Shown piece by piece: positions 61,741 to 64,000 of a stretch of 64,000 nucleotides of DNA. This DNA is from Pecten maximus. Its lineage: Eukaryota. The notes under the pieces were generated by a model. The model was not told the origin of the DNA. It did no database searches and saw only the letters and a list, made by a program, of their open reading frames with translations. Every line of letters starts with the position of its first letter. The stretch's first letter is position 1. A program made the position numbers and the translations under genes. The stretch covers positions 26,536,001-26,600,000 of the forward strand of contig NC_047018.1 of assembly GCF_902652985.1 (NCBI RefSeq). Reading direction: 5' to 3'.

Positions 61741-63539
61741 GTAAGTACAAGAGATATCAGTAGTTTTTCAGAAACACCACAGTCGAGAATGCATTGTTGT
61801 GTTATAGTCTCCTGATTTACCAAACCGGACTTCATTACTTGTTATAATCTGGTATACTGTACATCTAGATCTTTGTTAAGTTTGGTTTTCAATTTGAAAA
61901 TATCTAAGCATGATTTCAAATTGTATAATAAGTTGTAATTTCATAAATTAATACTTGTAAACCTCTAATTACTTTAATTGGATTGAATCAAAAGAAATGA
62001 TAAAAATATAGGTCTGGTATTTTCTTCTAAAAATTGAAAGACTTGTATATTTCTTATTCTTAATTCAACATTTAGATTCATTAAGTATATATTTTTATTA
62101 AAATATCTAAAACAGTGAAGAAAAAATAAATAAATGAAATATATATGAAACGTTTAGGAAAAGTTTCTTCTAGAAAATAAAAAAAATAAAATGCTAACTT
62201 ATTTTTATAATGTATTTCATCCTCCTAATAACAGACCCAGGTCAGTAAATTTTTGTGTGCATGGTATAAAATAAATATTCAAGAAGTAATTTTGTTTTGT
62301 TCAGTTGACTAATCATTTAATTACTTGCTATTAAACCTGATGTAAATAACACTGAATGTAAAATAACTATTTTATAATCGTCTTTGCTTTAATCAAATTC
62401 TAGCAAATTTGCTGTAAACTGTTGTAAATAAAAACTATGTTTTAACAATCGCATTGGTTTCTGTAATAACTTATCAAACTGAAGTAAATAGTGAAATATG
62501 TCTCACGTCTGCTTAACAATGAGTAGTTAATATGCTTTTGTCGTAGCTTTATATATATTTTTATGCATTTATATGATATCAAGCATATATATATATATAT
62601 ATATATTGTATGTACGGTATATGATATATTTACCCTGAATTCTCAATTAGTTTTACAACAAATTTTGTTTGCTAAAAAAATATTCAAATCAAACTGCACT
62701 TCAAAATCTGCTGAATTTTCAATTACTTATCATTTTGGGACATACTGCAAGTACAGAATTTGTTTATATTTTGTTATTGTTTAGCTTTTAATTAGATATT
62801 ATCAACATATGTATTATTTTTTAATTGCTTGGTTTTGCATTGTTTACTATCAACAACTGGGTGGGTATTAAAAGTATATTATATAACGTGAGAAAATCTT
62901 TTTAGATTATGATGAAATCAGCTTTGGCCTGCAATAATATTTTCCAATACATGTATATTCAAATTTCAACTGATACATTTCATCATGATATACAAAAGTA
63001 CATATGTTGATTATATCTACTCTACCATTATAGTAGGTTATGTACATCTGCTTATCCTGTGCTTGTATAACCAACAAACCATGCTGCAGCCAGTAGAACA
63101 ATGTTAACTCGCCCAAGATTTGTCACAAATAGCTCTTTTGTTTACATTTATAATACAAGGGAGGTTTTTTTGGGGGGGAAAATACATTGCTCATGCTTTG
63201 TCTGTTGGGACAAAACTCACTTTGGTAAATTCACAGAAAGAGCATGGCTTTAAATTGTTGTTCATCCTACCTTGTAGTTACTGTCACATATACACCAAAA
63301 CATCACTGTACAATATAATCCTAATTTTACGTAAGTGTATAAAAGCTTCATTGATTTAATCGTGACACATTCGGATTTTGTTATTTTGAAAAAAAAAAGC
63401 AATAAAAAAAAACCAAACAAACAAGCAAAAAACAAACAGAAAAGAGACAGAGATTTCAGCATTTTAAGAAATACTTTTCAACCAAGGAACCGAGACGAAT
63501 GTAGTGACTTTCAACCAATGAAGCTTGGTTCCTTAGTAT

Positions 63540-63775
63540 TAAGCATGGCAATGGTAAGTAATACTAGTTACGATTGCAATGGTATGACATACATATACTA
63601 TAGTTACCATGGCAATGGGATACAAAACTAGTTACCATGGTAATGGTATACAATACTAGTTACCATGGCAATAGTATGACATATTATAGTTACCATGACA
63701 ATAGCATGGCATACTATAGTTACCATGGCAATGGTATACAATACTAGTTACCAAGGCAATATCATGACCATGGAA
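63540..63775. repeat. ~29-bp degenerate tandem repeat with an X-box-like GTTACCATGGCAAT core
   Basis: Units tagttaccatggcaatggtatacaatac. Confidence 0.85.
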
Positions 63776-64000
63776 AACTTATTTTTGATGTTCCACTTTA
63801 TTTGTTGTTGACAGATCAGTTTTTAGGTAGGTAATAACTGTAACCGATACTTTCCTCCATAAAGTGTTGTATAGATAGTCCAGTGGTGTTACAAGGAGAG
63901 GAGGGTAGAGGAGGTAGAGGAGGGTAGAGGAGGAGTATCCATCATGTCCCGGCTATAGATGACATACATTATAGTAAACTCCTCAATGTCCTCTAGACTC

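Overview
AT-rich, intron-containing animal genomic DNA. The repeat types suggest a bivalve mollusc, but that is inference. Six protein-coding loci were reconstructed from phase-consistent GT-AG junctions: (1) the 3' end of a GPx4/PHGPx-type glutathione peroxidase (+) with a clear SECIS element in its 3' UTR; (2) a 3-exon nucleoredoxin-like WCPPC protein (-); (3) an unrecognised multi-exon gene (+, 12706-17488/17774) whose frame is interrupted by an in-frame TAA although about 500 phase-matched codons follow; (4) an 18-exon DNA ligase IV (+); (5) a 9-exon OMA1 metallopeptidase (-); (6) the 5' part of an unrecognised gene (+). The most notable non-coding features are: an intact 348-bp TRIM retroelement whose identical LTRs each carry a tRNA(Thr-AGT)-like cloverleaf (Helenus/Cassandra-like; tRNA-Lys PBS, PPT, 4-bp TSD), plus two decayed relatives; a minimal type I hammerhead ribozyme in a LIG4 intron; three independent minisatellites built from an exon end plus its own 5' splice site, two of which give over 20 tandem decoy donors; a palindromic-array TIR element with a 6-bp TSD; tiny hairpin insertions with TSDs; and Helentron/HINE-like elements carrying satellite monomers. 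No CRISPR arrays or rRNA genes were found.
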